Made by a program: the position numbers and the translations under genes. This document shows positions 55,859 to 64,000 of a stretch of DNA of 64,000 nucleotides, one piece after another. The stretch is taken from NCBI GenBank assembly GCA_045601405.1, contig JAZRZO010000020.1:738-64737 (forward strand). The letters are read 5' to 3'. Positions within the stretch are counted from its first letter, which is position 1. Each line of letters opens with the position of its first letter. The stretch is from Lachnospiraceae bacterium. Its GTDB lineage: Bacteria; Bacillota; Clostridia; Lachnospirales; Lachnospiraceae. Under the pieces are notes generated by a model, which was not told where the DNA came from, did no database searches, and saw only the letters and a program-made list of their open reading frames with translations.

Positions 55859-56104
55859 TTGTTTTATCTTATTGTAACTATAATCGTATCAATAGTGAGT
55901 GTTATAATGATCGTACTGGTCTGCTTACAGGAAGGAAAATCCGCGGGTCTTTCCAGCTCCATCAGCGGAGGCTCTGAGACCTACTGGAGCAGAAACAAAG
56001 GGAGGTCCAAGGAGGGCCGGCTGGAAAAGTGGACGACCATACTGGCGATAATCTTTTTCATAGCCGCTATACTGCTGAATGTAGGACTCTTCACAAAACT
56101 GTAG
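55859..56104 (+). CDS. secG: Preprotein translocase subunit SecG
   Basis: IVLVCLQEGKSAGLSSSISGG. I prefer TTG 55859, 5 nt after AAGGAGGG. The track starts at 55817. Confidence 0.8.
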   Translation: MFYLIVTIIVSIVSVIMIVLVCLQEGKSAGLSSSISGGSETYWSRNKGRSKEGRLEKWTTILAIIFFIAAILLNVGLFTKL

Positions 56105-56109
56105 GTCAT

Positions 56110-56140
56110 AAACACACTCGATACAGGGTGTGTTTTTTTA
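56110..56140 (+). terminator. Rho-independent terminator of secG
   Basis: AAACACAC (56110-56117) / GTGTGTTT (56128-56135) followed by a T run to 56139. Confidence 0.65.
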
Positions 56141-56162
56141 TAAGCGGAGCAAGAGGGCGAAA

Positions 56163-56627
56163 ATGAGCAGCAATATCGCACTGGTGGCGAACAATAAAAA
56201 AACCTACCACGACTATTTTGTGGAAGATACATATGAGGCAGGAATTGCGCTTAAGGGTACAGAGGTAAAATCAATGCGACTCGGAAAGTGCAATATTAAG
56301 GAAGCTTTCATCAGGGAGAAAAACGGAGAACTGTTTATTTATGGGATGCATATATCCCCATATGAGAAGGGGAATATTTTTAACAGGGATCCGTTGAGGA
56401 TACGCAAGCTGCTGCTTCATAAAAAAGAGATAAGAAAGATCGCTCTTGACGCTCAGAGAGACGGATATACCATCGTTCCGCTCAAGGTATATTTTAAGGA
56501 CAGTCTATGCAAGGTTGAGATAGGAATGTGCAAAGGCAAAAAGCTTTATGACAAGCGTGAGGCAATGGCGAAAAAGGACCAGAAAAGAGAAGCGCAGAGA
56601 GAATTAAAGCTTAAGCTGAAGGTGTGA
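56163..56627 (+). CDS. smpB: SsrA-binding protein SmpB
   Basis: NKKTYHDYFVEDTYEAGIALKGTEVKSMR...LLLHKKEI. ATG 56163 lies downstream of the secG terminator. Confidence 0.95.
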   Translation: MSSNIALVANNKKTYHDYFVEDTYEAGIALKGTEVKSMRLGKCNIKEAFIREKNGELFIYGMHISPYEKGNIFNRDPLRIRKLLLHKKEIRKIALDAQRDGYTIVPLKVYFKDSLCKVEIGMCKGKKLYDKREAMAKKDQKREAQRELKLKLKV

Positions 56628-56680
56628 ACAGTTGTTTTTGACTGCCGGATAATATATATGCTAAAATCAACAGAACAAAC

Positions 56681-57024
56681 GGGGCTGTAAAGGTTTCGAC
56701 GGGGTTTTAGAAGCGTATTAAGCCATCGGTAGCGGGTAACTACCTTAAAATGCCCACATTAAATTAAACGCTAAAGATAATAAATTAGCACCTGCTGCCT
56801 AAGGGCAGCACGCCGAAAGCCGGGTTTCCGCTGTCGGCTGGAGGTGTCATTCTAAGCGGAAAACTCCCTACCCTAAGCTTGTAAGGCAGGGAAAACCACA
56901 AGCTACGTCTGAGGAAAGTCTGTCATTGGGGATCCTCCGGGCGGAAACAAAGTTTCAATGACTGTGATGGAAGAAAGATGCGTGAAAAAGATTTCGGACG
57001 CGGGTTCGATTCCCGCCAGTTCCA
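56681..57024 (+). ncRNA. ssrA: tmRNA (SsrA)
   Basis: The 5' GGGGCTGTAAAGGTTTCGACGGGG and 3' GGACGCGGGTTCGATTCCCGCCAGTTCCA form a tRNA-like acceptor/T-arm with a G3-U pair. The tag ORF GCT AAA GAT AAT AAA TTA GCA CCT GCT GCC TAA (56770-56802) has its stop codon in the loop of a hairpin (TGCTGCC TAA GGGCAGCA). CCA is not encoded. Confidence 0.9.
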
Positions 57025-57127
57025 TATAGCAAGATCGAAGATACTCTAATGGCTTATTCGTATTACTCTTATTTCTGAGGATACTGTTATCGGAGATCAC
57101 ACAGAAAGTTCTTAAGGATTATCTTAT

Positions 57128-59551
57128 ATGAAAAAGATCTTAGCGTGCGCCGCGCCGTTTTTTATATGTTTATTTTTGTGGCTGGTAATATCTGCCGTGC
57201 CATCATATGCTGAAGAGGACCTGTCATCGGGGCAGGAAACAATAGCTTACGGTGATAATACCGAACTGTCTGACACAATGGGGCAGACAGAAAGCGACAC
57301 ATTCCTGCCGGAGGATGCAGGTGAGACCGGGGCGCAAAAGGAAGACTTTTCCGCCCGGGAGGAGTATTCGGCCGGCGAAAGCATTCGGGAGCCGGCTCCG
57401 CCGGTGAATATCGTAATAATAGGTGATTCTTATTCCGAAGGATATATACCGGTGGATGATATATATCCGTATGTTAAAGCCTGGCCGTCAATCTTTGCGG
57501 AACAGATGGATAATGCGAATGTTGCGCTCTATACCAGGGGCGGAAGCGGCTTTGTTAATACCGTAGGAAATATCAATTTTCAATCTTTATTAAACCGGGC
57601 ATATAGCGAAACAGTATCCCCTGATGAAGTGGATATTCTTATCGTATGCGGCGGCTATAATGATTTCTGGTACGATATGTACACGATATATTCTAAAGCT
57701 GTATCATTTCTGCAAAAAGCGAAAGCCTACTATCCAAACGCTGAGATACTGATCGGAATGATAGGATGGAACAGTGCTGAAGATTGGATACAGGACAGGA
57801 TTTGGGGGCAGGTACTTCCCGCATATAAACAGGCGGCAATGGATGCAGGAGCAAGATATATCGCGAATTGTGAATATGTTCTTCAGAATACTCAAAATGC
57901 TTTTTCGGTAGATTATATTCATCCCGCAGAAGCCGGACAAAATGCAATAGGCAGTCATATATATACATTTATAACAAATTATAAGTCGGATAAGGCACAT
58001 ATCACAGTCAGATATCATGTCCCGACAGAAAACGGATACGATGTAACAGAGATCGTCTACAGCTGCGGCGACGACATTATCCTGCCCGGAGACCCGGACA
58101 TCATGGCATCCGGGGATATACTTGGCTGGACGCGCACACCAAAGTTTTTTAATGTTGAATATTATGCCAACACTACCCAGTCTGCTGCATGGTTTGCGGA
58201 AAATTATCCCGTTGTTGACCTCTATGCAATCCTGCAGAGCTATTCAGACGGGGAAGGAAAAGAACTGAGATATTCGGAAAGTACCGGCAGATGGATTTAT
58301 ATGGTAGAAGGAAGTGAGGATACTTCCTTTGCGGGATTATTTCTGTACAAGGACAGAGGATTTTATATTGAAAACGGGATGCTGAACACAGGTTACACCG
58401 GACTGATACCGGACGGAGGAGAAAGGCTGTACATACGTAACGGTTTGTTTGATACAGATTCCGCCGGGATAATATCAAGCGGAAACAGCTTGCTGTATGT
58501 TAAAGGCGGCAGAGTTGACTTTACTCATAACGGTGCCGAGCTTTACATAAACGGCTGGTTGAAGATAACCAACGGCTGGGTGGATTTATCATACACCGGA
58601 TTTGCTGATAACATTACGGGCTGGTTTTATTTTGAAGCAGGGAGTCAGGCAAAGGGGGTGAGCCGTGTTATCTACGGAAAAGCGAATGTATCCGGGCTGA
58701 AAAAAGGTTTTAACGGATGGTGGTTTGTGGAAAACGGGCAGGTCTCCGGGAAAGACACCGTCGCGCAAAATGAATACGGCTGGTGGAAAATAACATACGG
58801 ATTGGTTGATTTTAACTATACAGGGCTGGTTCAAAACGAATATGGCTGGTGGCGCATAGAAAACGGTAAGGTTAATTTTAGTTTTAATGGTTTATGTATG
58901 TATAACAATACATGGTACTACTTAAGAGGAGGATGTATTGACGGGGAATTTCATGGCCTGACTCAGGGCAGGGATGGCGTCTGGTATTATATAAACGGCG
59001 GATACATTGACTGGAGCGTAACCACTCTCACATACTATAACGGATATTGGTTTTATGTTAACAGAGGTTCGATTGACTGGGGTTACACCGGGCTGGCTCA
59101 AAATGAGTATGGCTGGTGGCGCATAGAAAACGGTAAGGTTAATTTTAATTTTAATGGTTTATGTATGTATAACAATACATGGTACTACTTAAGAGGAGGA
59201 TGTATTGACTGGGGATTTCATGGCCTGACTCAGGGCTGGGATGGCATCTGGTACTACATAAACGGCGGAAAGATCAACTTTGGATACTATGGTCTTGCTC
59301 AGGGCTGGGATGGCGTCTGGTATTATATAAACGGCGGATACATTGACTGGAGCGTGACCACTCTCACATACTATAACGGACATTGGTTTTATGTTAACAG
59401 AGGTTCGATTGACTGGGGTTACACCGGGCTGGCTCAAAATGAGTACGGCTGGTGGTTTGTCAGGAACGGAGTAATAGATTTTTCCTTTAACGGCAGAGTG
59501 ACGAATGCGGCCGGAACCTGGAATGTGATAAACGGTCATGTTGTTTTTTGA
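57128..59551 (+). CDS. Secreted SGNH/GDSL-family hydrolase with C-terminal cell-wall-binding (choline-binding-like) repeats
   Basis: Signal peptide. SGNH blocks IIGDSYSEG, GGSGF, CGGYND, DYIHP. The C-half consists of about 20-aa aromatic repeats (GWW.I.NG.V.F...G). Confidence 0.75.
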   Translation: MKKILACAAPFFICLFLWLVISAVPSYAEEDLSSGQETIAYGDNTELSDTMGQTESDTFLPEDAGETGAQKEDFSAREEYSAGESIREPAPPVNIVIIGDSYSEGYIPVDDIYPYVKAWPSIFAEQMDNANVALYTRGGSGFVNTVGNINFQSLLNRAYSETVSPDEVDILIVCGGYNDFWYDMYTIYSKAVSFLQKAKAYYPNAEILIGMIGWNSAEDWIQDRIWGQVLPAYKQAAMDAGARYIANCEYVLQNTQNAFSVDYIHPAEAGQNAIGSHIYTFITNYKSDKAHITVRYHVPTENGYDVTEIVYSCGDDIILPGDPDIMASGDILGWTRTPKFFNVEYYANTTQSAAWFAENYPVVDLYAILQSYSDGEGKELRYSESTGRWIYMVEGSEDTSFAGLFLYKDRGFYIENGMLNTGYTGLIPDGGERLYIRNGLFDTDSAGIISSGNSLLYVKGGRVDFTHNGAELYINGWLKITNGWVDLSYTGFADNITGWFYFEAGSQAKGVSRVIYGKANVSGLKKGFNGWWFVENGQVSGKDTVAQNEYGWWKITYGLVDFNYTGLVQNEYGWWRIENGKVNFSFNGLCMYNNTWYYLRGGCIDGEFHGLTQGRDGVWYYINGGYIDWSVTTLTYYNGYWFYVNRGSIDWGYTGLAQNEYGWWRIENGKVNFNFNGLCMYNNTWYYLRGGCIDWGFHGLTQGWDGIWYYINGGKINFGYYGLAQGWDGVWYYINGGYIDWSVTTLTYYNGHWFYVNRGSIDWGYTGLAQNEYGWWFVRNGVIDFSFNGRVTNAAGTWNVINGHVVF
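58823..59460 (+). repeat. Long in-frame tandem repeat inside the SGNH gene
   Basis: The unit starting GGGCTGG(T/C)TCAAAA(C/T)GA(A/G)TA(T/C)GGCTGGTGG recurs at 58823, 59090 and 59426. Unit lengths are 267 nt and 336 nt (267 plus a 69-nt insertion). Confidence 0.85.
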
Positions 59552-59628
59552 ACAAATATATATAGAGTTTATTTATAAATAATGTTAAATTTATACGGAT
59601 AAAGTATTAAGATCTATATAAAAGATCA

Positions 59629-61347
59629 GTGAGGGTGTATAAGTTGAAGCTCAAAAAGATATTCATTTCATTTTTAGTTCTTTTAATCCTTTTTTTATGT
59701 TTGGCAGTCCCGGTAAGGACAGAGGCAAGGGTAGGAGGCAGTGGAAGGTATATCGGTCAGGCTCTGGGGATCACCAGAGGACAGCTGGTAAACAGTCTTA
59801 ACAGACATCGTTATGACAGCTATTATCTCGGCACGTGTTTTCGCACATCAGCCAATTGGTATGACCTGATATACCCCAACGGAGCTCCGCTCAATGGCTG
59901 GTACACAGGGATGAACTGCGCAGGATGGGTGAGCAGGGCATTTATGGATGCGGGAGCAAACCTTGATCCGATAAACCGATACAAGGGAGATAATTATAAC
60001 CTTTTCTGCTGCGCAGCTTCCACCTGGCTGAATTACGTGTTAAAAACAGACACAAGATATTTTGTCTATGAATCCAAGGAGGAAATGCTTGCCGACGGCA
60101 AGCTGAGAAAAGGCGATATCATAATGACCGAGCCGCGTGACTGGTCAATGTATAAGGCGGATACACATCTGTGCATCTTCTGGGGGGATTATCCGTCTGA
60201 TGATAAAACATGGCACCAGACAGCAATAGGTAATAATATCTCAGAAATCAGACCGGGATGCGCCAATTCAAGGTGGTTCGTTTTCCCTATCGATTCCGTC
60301 GCTAATGAGTATTATCCGCCTGATTATACGGGGGTGAAATTTGATGAGTATTATTATGCCTGGGTATATACGGAAAATGGGAAAATAGACTGGTCTAAAA
60401 ACGGGCTCGTTCAGAAAAAGGAAAACGGAGGCTGGTTTTATTTCAAGAACGGATTTCTTGACTGGAGTGCCAATACCTTTGCACAGGTGAACGGACAGGG
60501 CGCATGGTGGCTCGTCCGCGGAGGCCAGATAGATTTTGCATACAACAGTCTTATAAAGTGGGGTGATGACTGGCTGTATGTACACAACGGATATGTTGAC
60601 TACGATCATAGCGGCCTGGTTTACTACAATGGTAAATGGTTCTATGTGAAAAACGGAAAAGCAGACTGGTCACATACAGGGCTTGAGTATTATAATGGCG
60701 GCTGGTTTTATGTAAAGAATGGTACTCTGGATTGGAGCATGAATACCCTGGCACAAATTGATGGTTATGACGCATGGTGGCTCGTCCGCGGAGGCCAGAT
60801 AGACTTTGCATACAACAGTCTTATAAAGTGGGGTGATGACTGGCTGTATGTACACAACGGATATGTTGACTACGGTCATAGCGGCCTGGTTTACTACAAC
60901 GGTAAATGGTTCTATGTGAAAAACGGAAAAGTAGACTGGTCACATACAGGACTTGAGTATTATAATGGCGGCTGGTTTTATGTAAAGAATGGTATTCTGG
61001 ATTGGAGCATGAATACCCTGGCACAAATTGATGGTTATGACGCATGGTGGCTCGTCCGCGGAGGCCATATTGATTTTGAGTATGACAGCCTTATCAGATG
61101 GGGCAATGACTGGCTCTATGTACATAAAGGGTATGTTGACTATGCATACACAGGTCTGGCATATTACAGCGGAAAGTGGTTTTATGTTAAAGGCGGGAAA
61201 CTGGACTGGTCATACACAGGCATTGCTCAGTATGGTAACGCTTGGTTTTACGTTAAAAGAGGAGAGCTTGACTGTAACTATAATGGAACGGTGGAGTATC
61301 TCGGCTACACGTTCAATGTAAGAGGCGGAGTGGTGGTCTGGAATTAA
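59629..61347 (+). CDS. Secreted NlpC/P60-like cysteine peptidase with cell-wall-binding repeats, copy 1
   Basis: Signal peptide. Candidate catalytic Cys in GMNCAGWVSRAF and His in GDIIM...DTHLCIFWG...WHQT. The C-half has repeats of the type YYNGKWFYVKNGK.DWSHTGL. The start could be TTG 59644. Confidence 0.7.
   Translation: MRVYKLKLKKIFISFLVLLILFLCLAVPVRTEARVGGSGRYIGQALGITRGQLVNSLNRHRYDSYYLGTCFRTSANWYDLIYPNGAPLNGWYTGMNCAGWVSRAFMDAGANLDPINRYKGDNYNLFCCAASTWLNYVLKTDTRYFVYESKEEMLADGKLRKGDIIMTEPRDWSMYKADTHLCIFWGDYPSDDKTWHQTAIGNNISEIRPGCANSRWFVFPIDSVANEYYPPDYTGVKFDEYYYAWVYTENGKIDWSKNGLVQKKENGGWFYFKNGFLDWSANTFAQVNGQGAWWLVRGGQIDFAYNSLIKWGDDWLYVHNGYVDYDHSGLVYYNGKWFYVKNGKADWSHTGLEYYNGGWFYVKNGTLDWSMNTLAQIDGYDAWWLVRGGQIDFAYNSLIKWGDDWLYVHNGYVDYGHSGLVYYNGKWFYVKNGKVDWSHTGLEYYNGGWFYVKNGILDWSMNTLAQIDGYDAWWLVRGGHIDFEYDSLIRWGNDWLYVHKGYVDYAYTGLAYYSGKWFYVKGGKLDWSYTGIAQYGNAWFYVKRGELDCNYNGTVEYLGYTFNVRGGVVVWN
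60502..61311 (+). repeat. Three tandem 270-bp in-frame repeats
   Basis: GCATGGTGGCTCGTCCGCGGAGGCCA recurs at 60502, 60772 and 61042. I count 6 mismatches between units 1 and 2 by eye. Confidence 0.9.
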
Positions 61348-61348
61348 C

Positions 61349-62239
61349 ATGGATAAGACAAAACCGGCTCTTGCTGTTATATTGTCCGGAGTATGTTGGG
61401 GCGTTATAAATATCTTTGCAAAAAGACTTGCAGCCTCAGGGCTTACATCGCTGCAGATATCTGCTATCAGAATGACAATAGCATTTATCGTTTTCACTGC
61501 GGTCGTTCTGATAAAGGACAGAAAACTTTTTCGTATAGACCTGAGAGATGTCTGGATATTCGCTTGTACCGGGATAATAAGCATCGTACTGTTTAATACC
61601 TTTTATTTTCACACAGCCATAAACAGCCAGGCGTCTGTTGCAGTCGTCCTTTTATATACATCGCCTGTTTTTGTCATGGTGTTATCAGCGATCATCTTTA
61701 AGGAAAAGATAACGGCAAGAAAAATAATAGCACTCATATTTACTGTAGCCGGCTGCGTTCTTGTATCCGGCATTGCAGGAGGCTCGTACACGCTGCCGCC
61801 ACTCGTGCTTATGTCAGGTATAGCGTCAGGCTTTTTTTACGCTCTTTATTCTATATTCGGCAATATTGCGCTTGAAAAATATGATACTCTGACAGTTACA
61901 GTGTGGACATTTATATTTGCATTTATATCGGCTGTATCTCTCGGGAGTCCGGGGAAAATAGTAGATGCTTTCGTCAATGAGCCTGTGCTGATACTGTGGG
62001 GAGTCGGGATTGGCATAATATCAACCGTAATGCCTTACTTTTTATATACCTGGGGACTAAAGCGGATGGAGCCGACAAAAGCAGCCATTCTTGTAGCGGT
62101 CGAACCGGTGGTAGGTGCCGTGATAGGCATATTTTTGTTCCGTGAGCCTCATGACCTGCTTAAGATAACCGGGATCGTTTTCATTATTACAGCGATTATC
62201 ATCCTGAATTTCAGGGTTAAAAAATCAAATAATCTGTGA
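61349..62239 (+). CDS. EamA/DMT-superfamily transporter
   Basis: Ten-TM-like profile and duplicated EamA halves (LSGVCWGVINIFAKRL...; ALYSIFGNIALEKY...). The start is 1 nt after the upstream stop. Confidence 0.8.
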   Translation: MDKTKPALAVILSGVCWGVINIFAKRLAASGLTSLQISAIRMTIAFIVFTAVVLIKDRKLFRIDLRDVWIFACTGIISIVLFNTFYFHTAINSQASVAVVLLYTSPVFVMVLSAIIFKEKITARKIIALIFTVAGCVLVSGIAGGSYTLPPLVLMSGIASGFFYALYSIFGNIALEKYDTLTVTVWTFIFAFISAVSLGSPGKIVDAFVNEPVLILWGVGIGIISTVMPYFLYTWGLKRMEPTKAAILVAVEPVVGAVIGIFLFREPHDLLKITGIVFIITAIIILNFRVKKSNNL

Positions 62240-62277
62240 TAAAATATTGACAATTTTAATAAAAGGAAACAAATAAA

Positions 62278-63978
62278 GTGAGAATTAAGAAAGTCATTAT
62301 TTCTGTATTAGCAGTTATACTGTTTTTTTCGTGTTTTTTGGCACCCGTTAAGACCGAAGCTAAAATGGGTGGTTCAAATAATTATATTGGCAGCGCATTG
62401 AAGATCACAAGACAGCAGTTTTTAAATCATTTGTACAGGCACAGTAACGACGGATATTATCTTGGCACACGGTTTTTCTCTTCCTCAAATTGGATTAATC
62501 TGATATATCCGAACGGAAGCCCGCGCTATGACGGGTTTACCGGCATGAACTGCGCAGGCTGGGTAAGCAGAGCATTATGTGATGCCGGGGCCGATCTTAA
62601 CCCTATTCTGGCATGGTCCGACAACGGCAATGGTGTATGTGGAGCTTCCACGTGGTTGAATTATGTGGCACATACCAATACCAGATACTATGTATATGAA
62701 TCCAAGGAAGAGATGATATACGATGGTAAGCTCAGGAAAGGGGATATCATAATGTCCTATCCCCGCGTATGGTTTGAGGGGGCTGACACACATATAGGTA
62801 TATTCTGGGGAAATAATGCCTATGATGATAAAATATGGCATCAGACAGCCATCGGCAATAATATTTCAGAGATAAGGGCAGGGTGTGCCAATTCACGGTG
62901 GTATCTGTTCCCGTTTGACGCTGTTATAAATGAGGTGTATCCGTATGATTATACGGGAGTAAAATTTGATGAGTATTATTATGCCTGGGTATATACGGAA
63001 AATGGAAAGATAGACTGGTCTAAGAACGGACTCGTTCAGAAAAAGGAAAACGGCGGCTGGTATTATTTCAAGAACGGATTTCTTGACTGGAGCGCCAATA
63101 CCTTTGCGCAGGTGAACGGCCAGGGAGCATGGTGGCTCGTCCGCGGGGGACAGATAGACTGGGGCTTCAATGGATTTATCAAATGGGGTAATGACTGGCT
63201 GTATGTCCACAATGGTTATGTTGATTATGACTATACCGGGCTTGTATATTTCAACGGAAACTGGTTCTACGCAAAAGACGGAAAGGTTGATTGGTCACAT
63301 ACCGGTCTTGAATATTATAACGGCGGATGGTTCTATGTCAGAAACGGAGTTATAGACTGGAAGGCTCATACATTTGCTCCGGTAAAGGGGACTGACTACT
63401 GGTTTTATGTCCGTAACGGGCAGATAGACTGGGGCTATAAAGGACTTATCAAATGGGGTAATGACTGGCTCTTTGTGCAGAAAGGCTATGCTGACTATAA
63501 ATATGCCGGGCTGGTATATTACAGCGGAAGGTGGTTCTATGTCAGCGATGGAAAAGTGAACTGGGCTCATACCGGACTGGAGTATTACAATGGCGGATGG
63601 TTCTATGTCAGAAACGGCGAGATAGACTGGAATGCTCATACATTTGCTTCGGTAGAGGGAACTGACTACTGGTTCTATGTGCGTAACGGGCAGATAGACT
63701 GGGGCTATAAAGGACTTATCAAATGGGGTAATGACTGGCTCTTTGTGCAGAAAGGCTATGCTGACTACAAATATACAGGGCTGGTATATTACAACGGAAG
63801 GTGGTTCTACGTGGACGACGGAAAAGTTGACTGGTCATATACAGGCCTTACTGAATATGGTAACGCGTGGTATTACGTTAATAGAGGAGAACTTGACTGG
63901 ACATATACCGGTACGGCAGAGTATCAAGGAGATACCTACAGTGTAAGAAAGGGTGTAGCGGTCCGGGATAAAGAATGA
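62278..63978 (+). CDS. Secreted NlpC/P60-like cysteine peptidase with cell-wall-binding repeats, copy 2
   Basis: Paralog of 59629..61347: GMNCAGWVSRAL, GDIIM...DTHIGIFWG...WHQT, and the same repeat type. Confidence 0.7.
   Translation: MRIKKVIISVLAVILFFSCFLAPVKTEAKMGGSNNYIGSALKITRQQFLNHLYRHSNDGYYLGTRFFSSSNWINLIYPNGSPRYDGFTGMNCAGWVSRALCDAGADLNPILAWSDNGNGVCGASTWLNYVAHTNTRYYVYESKEEMIYDGKLRKGDIIMSYPRVWFEGADTHIGIFWGNNAYDDKIWHQTAIGNNISEIRAGCANSRWYLFPFDAVINEVYPYDYTGVKFDEYYYAWVYTENGKIDWSKNGLVQKKENGGWYYFKNGFLDWSANTFAQVNGQGAWWLVRGGQIDWGFNGFIKWGNDWLYVHNGYVDYDYTGLVYFNGNWFYAKDGKVDWSHTGLEYYNGGWFYVRNGVIDWKAHTFAPVKGTDYWFYVRNGQIDWGYKGLIKWGNDWLFVQKGYADYKYAGLVYYSGRWFYVSDGKVNWAHTGLEYYNGGWFYVRNGEIDWNAHTFASVEGTDYWFYVRNGQIDWGYKGLIKWGNDWLFVQKGYADYKYTGLVYYNGRWFYVDDGKVDWSYTGLTEYGNAWYYVNRGELDWTYTGTAEYQGDTYSVRKGVAVRDKE
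63391..63930 (+). repeat. Two tandem 270-bp in-frame repeats
   Basis: ACTGACTACTGGTT(T/C)TATGT(C/G)CGTAACGGGCAGATAGACTGGGGCTATAAAGGACTTATCAAATGGGG occurs at 63391 and 63661. Confidence 0.9.
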
Positions 63979-64000
63979 GCAGCTTAACCAAGGACATCAT

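Noticed and set aside
58823-63930. Regularly spaced DNA repeats that might be mistaken for CRISPR arrays
   Set aside because: The units are 267-270 bp and contiguous with no spacers. They are in frame and encode cell-wall-binding repeat modules.
57025-64000. Genomic island integrated at ssrA
   Set aside because: No direct repeat of the tmRNA 3' end and no integrase appear downstream within the window, and the composition is not obviously different. This is kept only as a remark in the cell-wall-enzyme finding.

Overview
The segment looks like a Clostridia-type chromosome, possibly Lachnospiraceae (tentative). This rests on gene order: rpmB-asp23-yloV-recG, ddl-murF, rnfCDGEA, tyrS-alaS, asp23-nusB-xseAB-ispA-dxs-tlyA-nadK and secG-smpB-ssrA. 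Positions 1 to about 9,550 are the edge of an integrated mobile element. It starts with a primase-like gene that runs off the left edge, a sigma/HTH gene and a SymE-type toxin. An AT-rich cargo block follows, with four parts. (i) An XRE controller precedes two paralogous nuclease-like genes, the second split into two coupled ORFs. (ii) An IS3-family element sits in the 16-nt gap between the convergent nuclease and methyltransferase genes. (iii) An HTH gene precedes an SPPY beta-class DNA methyltransferase fused to a catalytically degenerate SNase-like domain. (iv) A protein kinase with an unassignable N-domain plus a single-TM DUF2806-like protein is transcribed divergently from back-to-back consensus promoters. 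This kinase pair is my top candidate for an undescribed defence module. From about 9,600 onward the genes are mostly housekeeping, with a few oddities. These include an rnf cluster lacking rnfB, an AsnB-like gene lacking its N-terminal nucleophile, and a metal ABC operon with no canonical binding protein. There is also an out-of-frame ATGA-coupled start on a HAD gene, and a second (ISNCY-like) IS downstream of uvrC. A tmRNA gene is followed by three secreted cell-wall-repeat enzymes carrying near-identical 267-270 bp tandem coding repeats. I saw no rRNA, tRNA or CRISPR array. All calls come from by-eye motif recognition and hand translation; no database search or computation was run.
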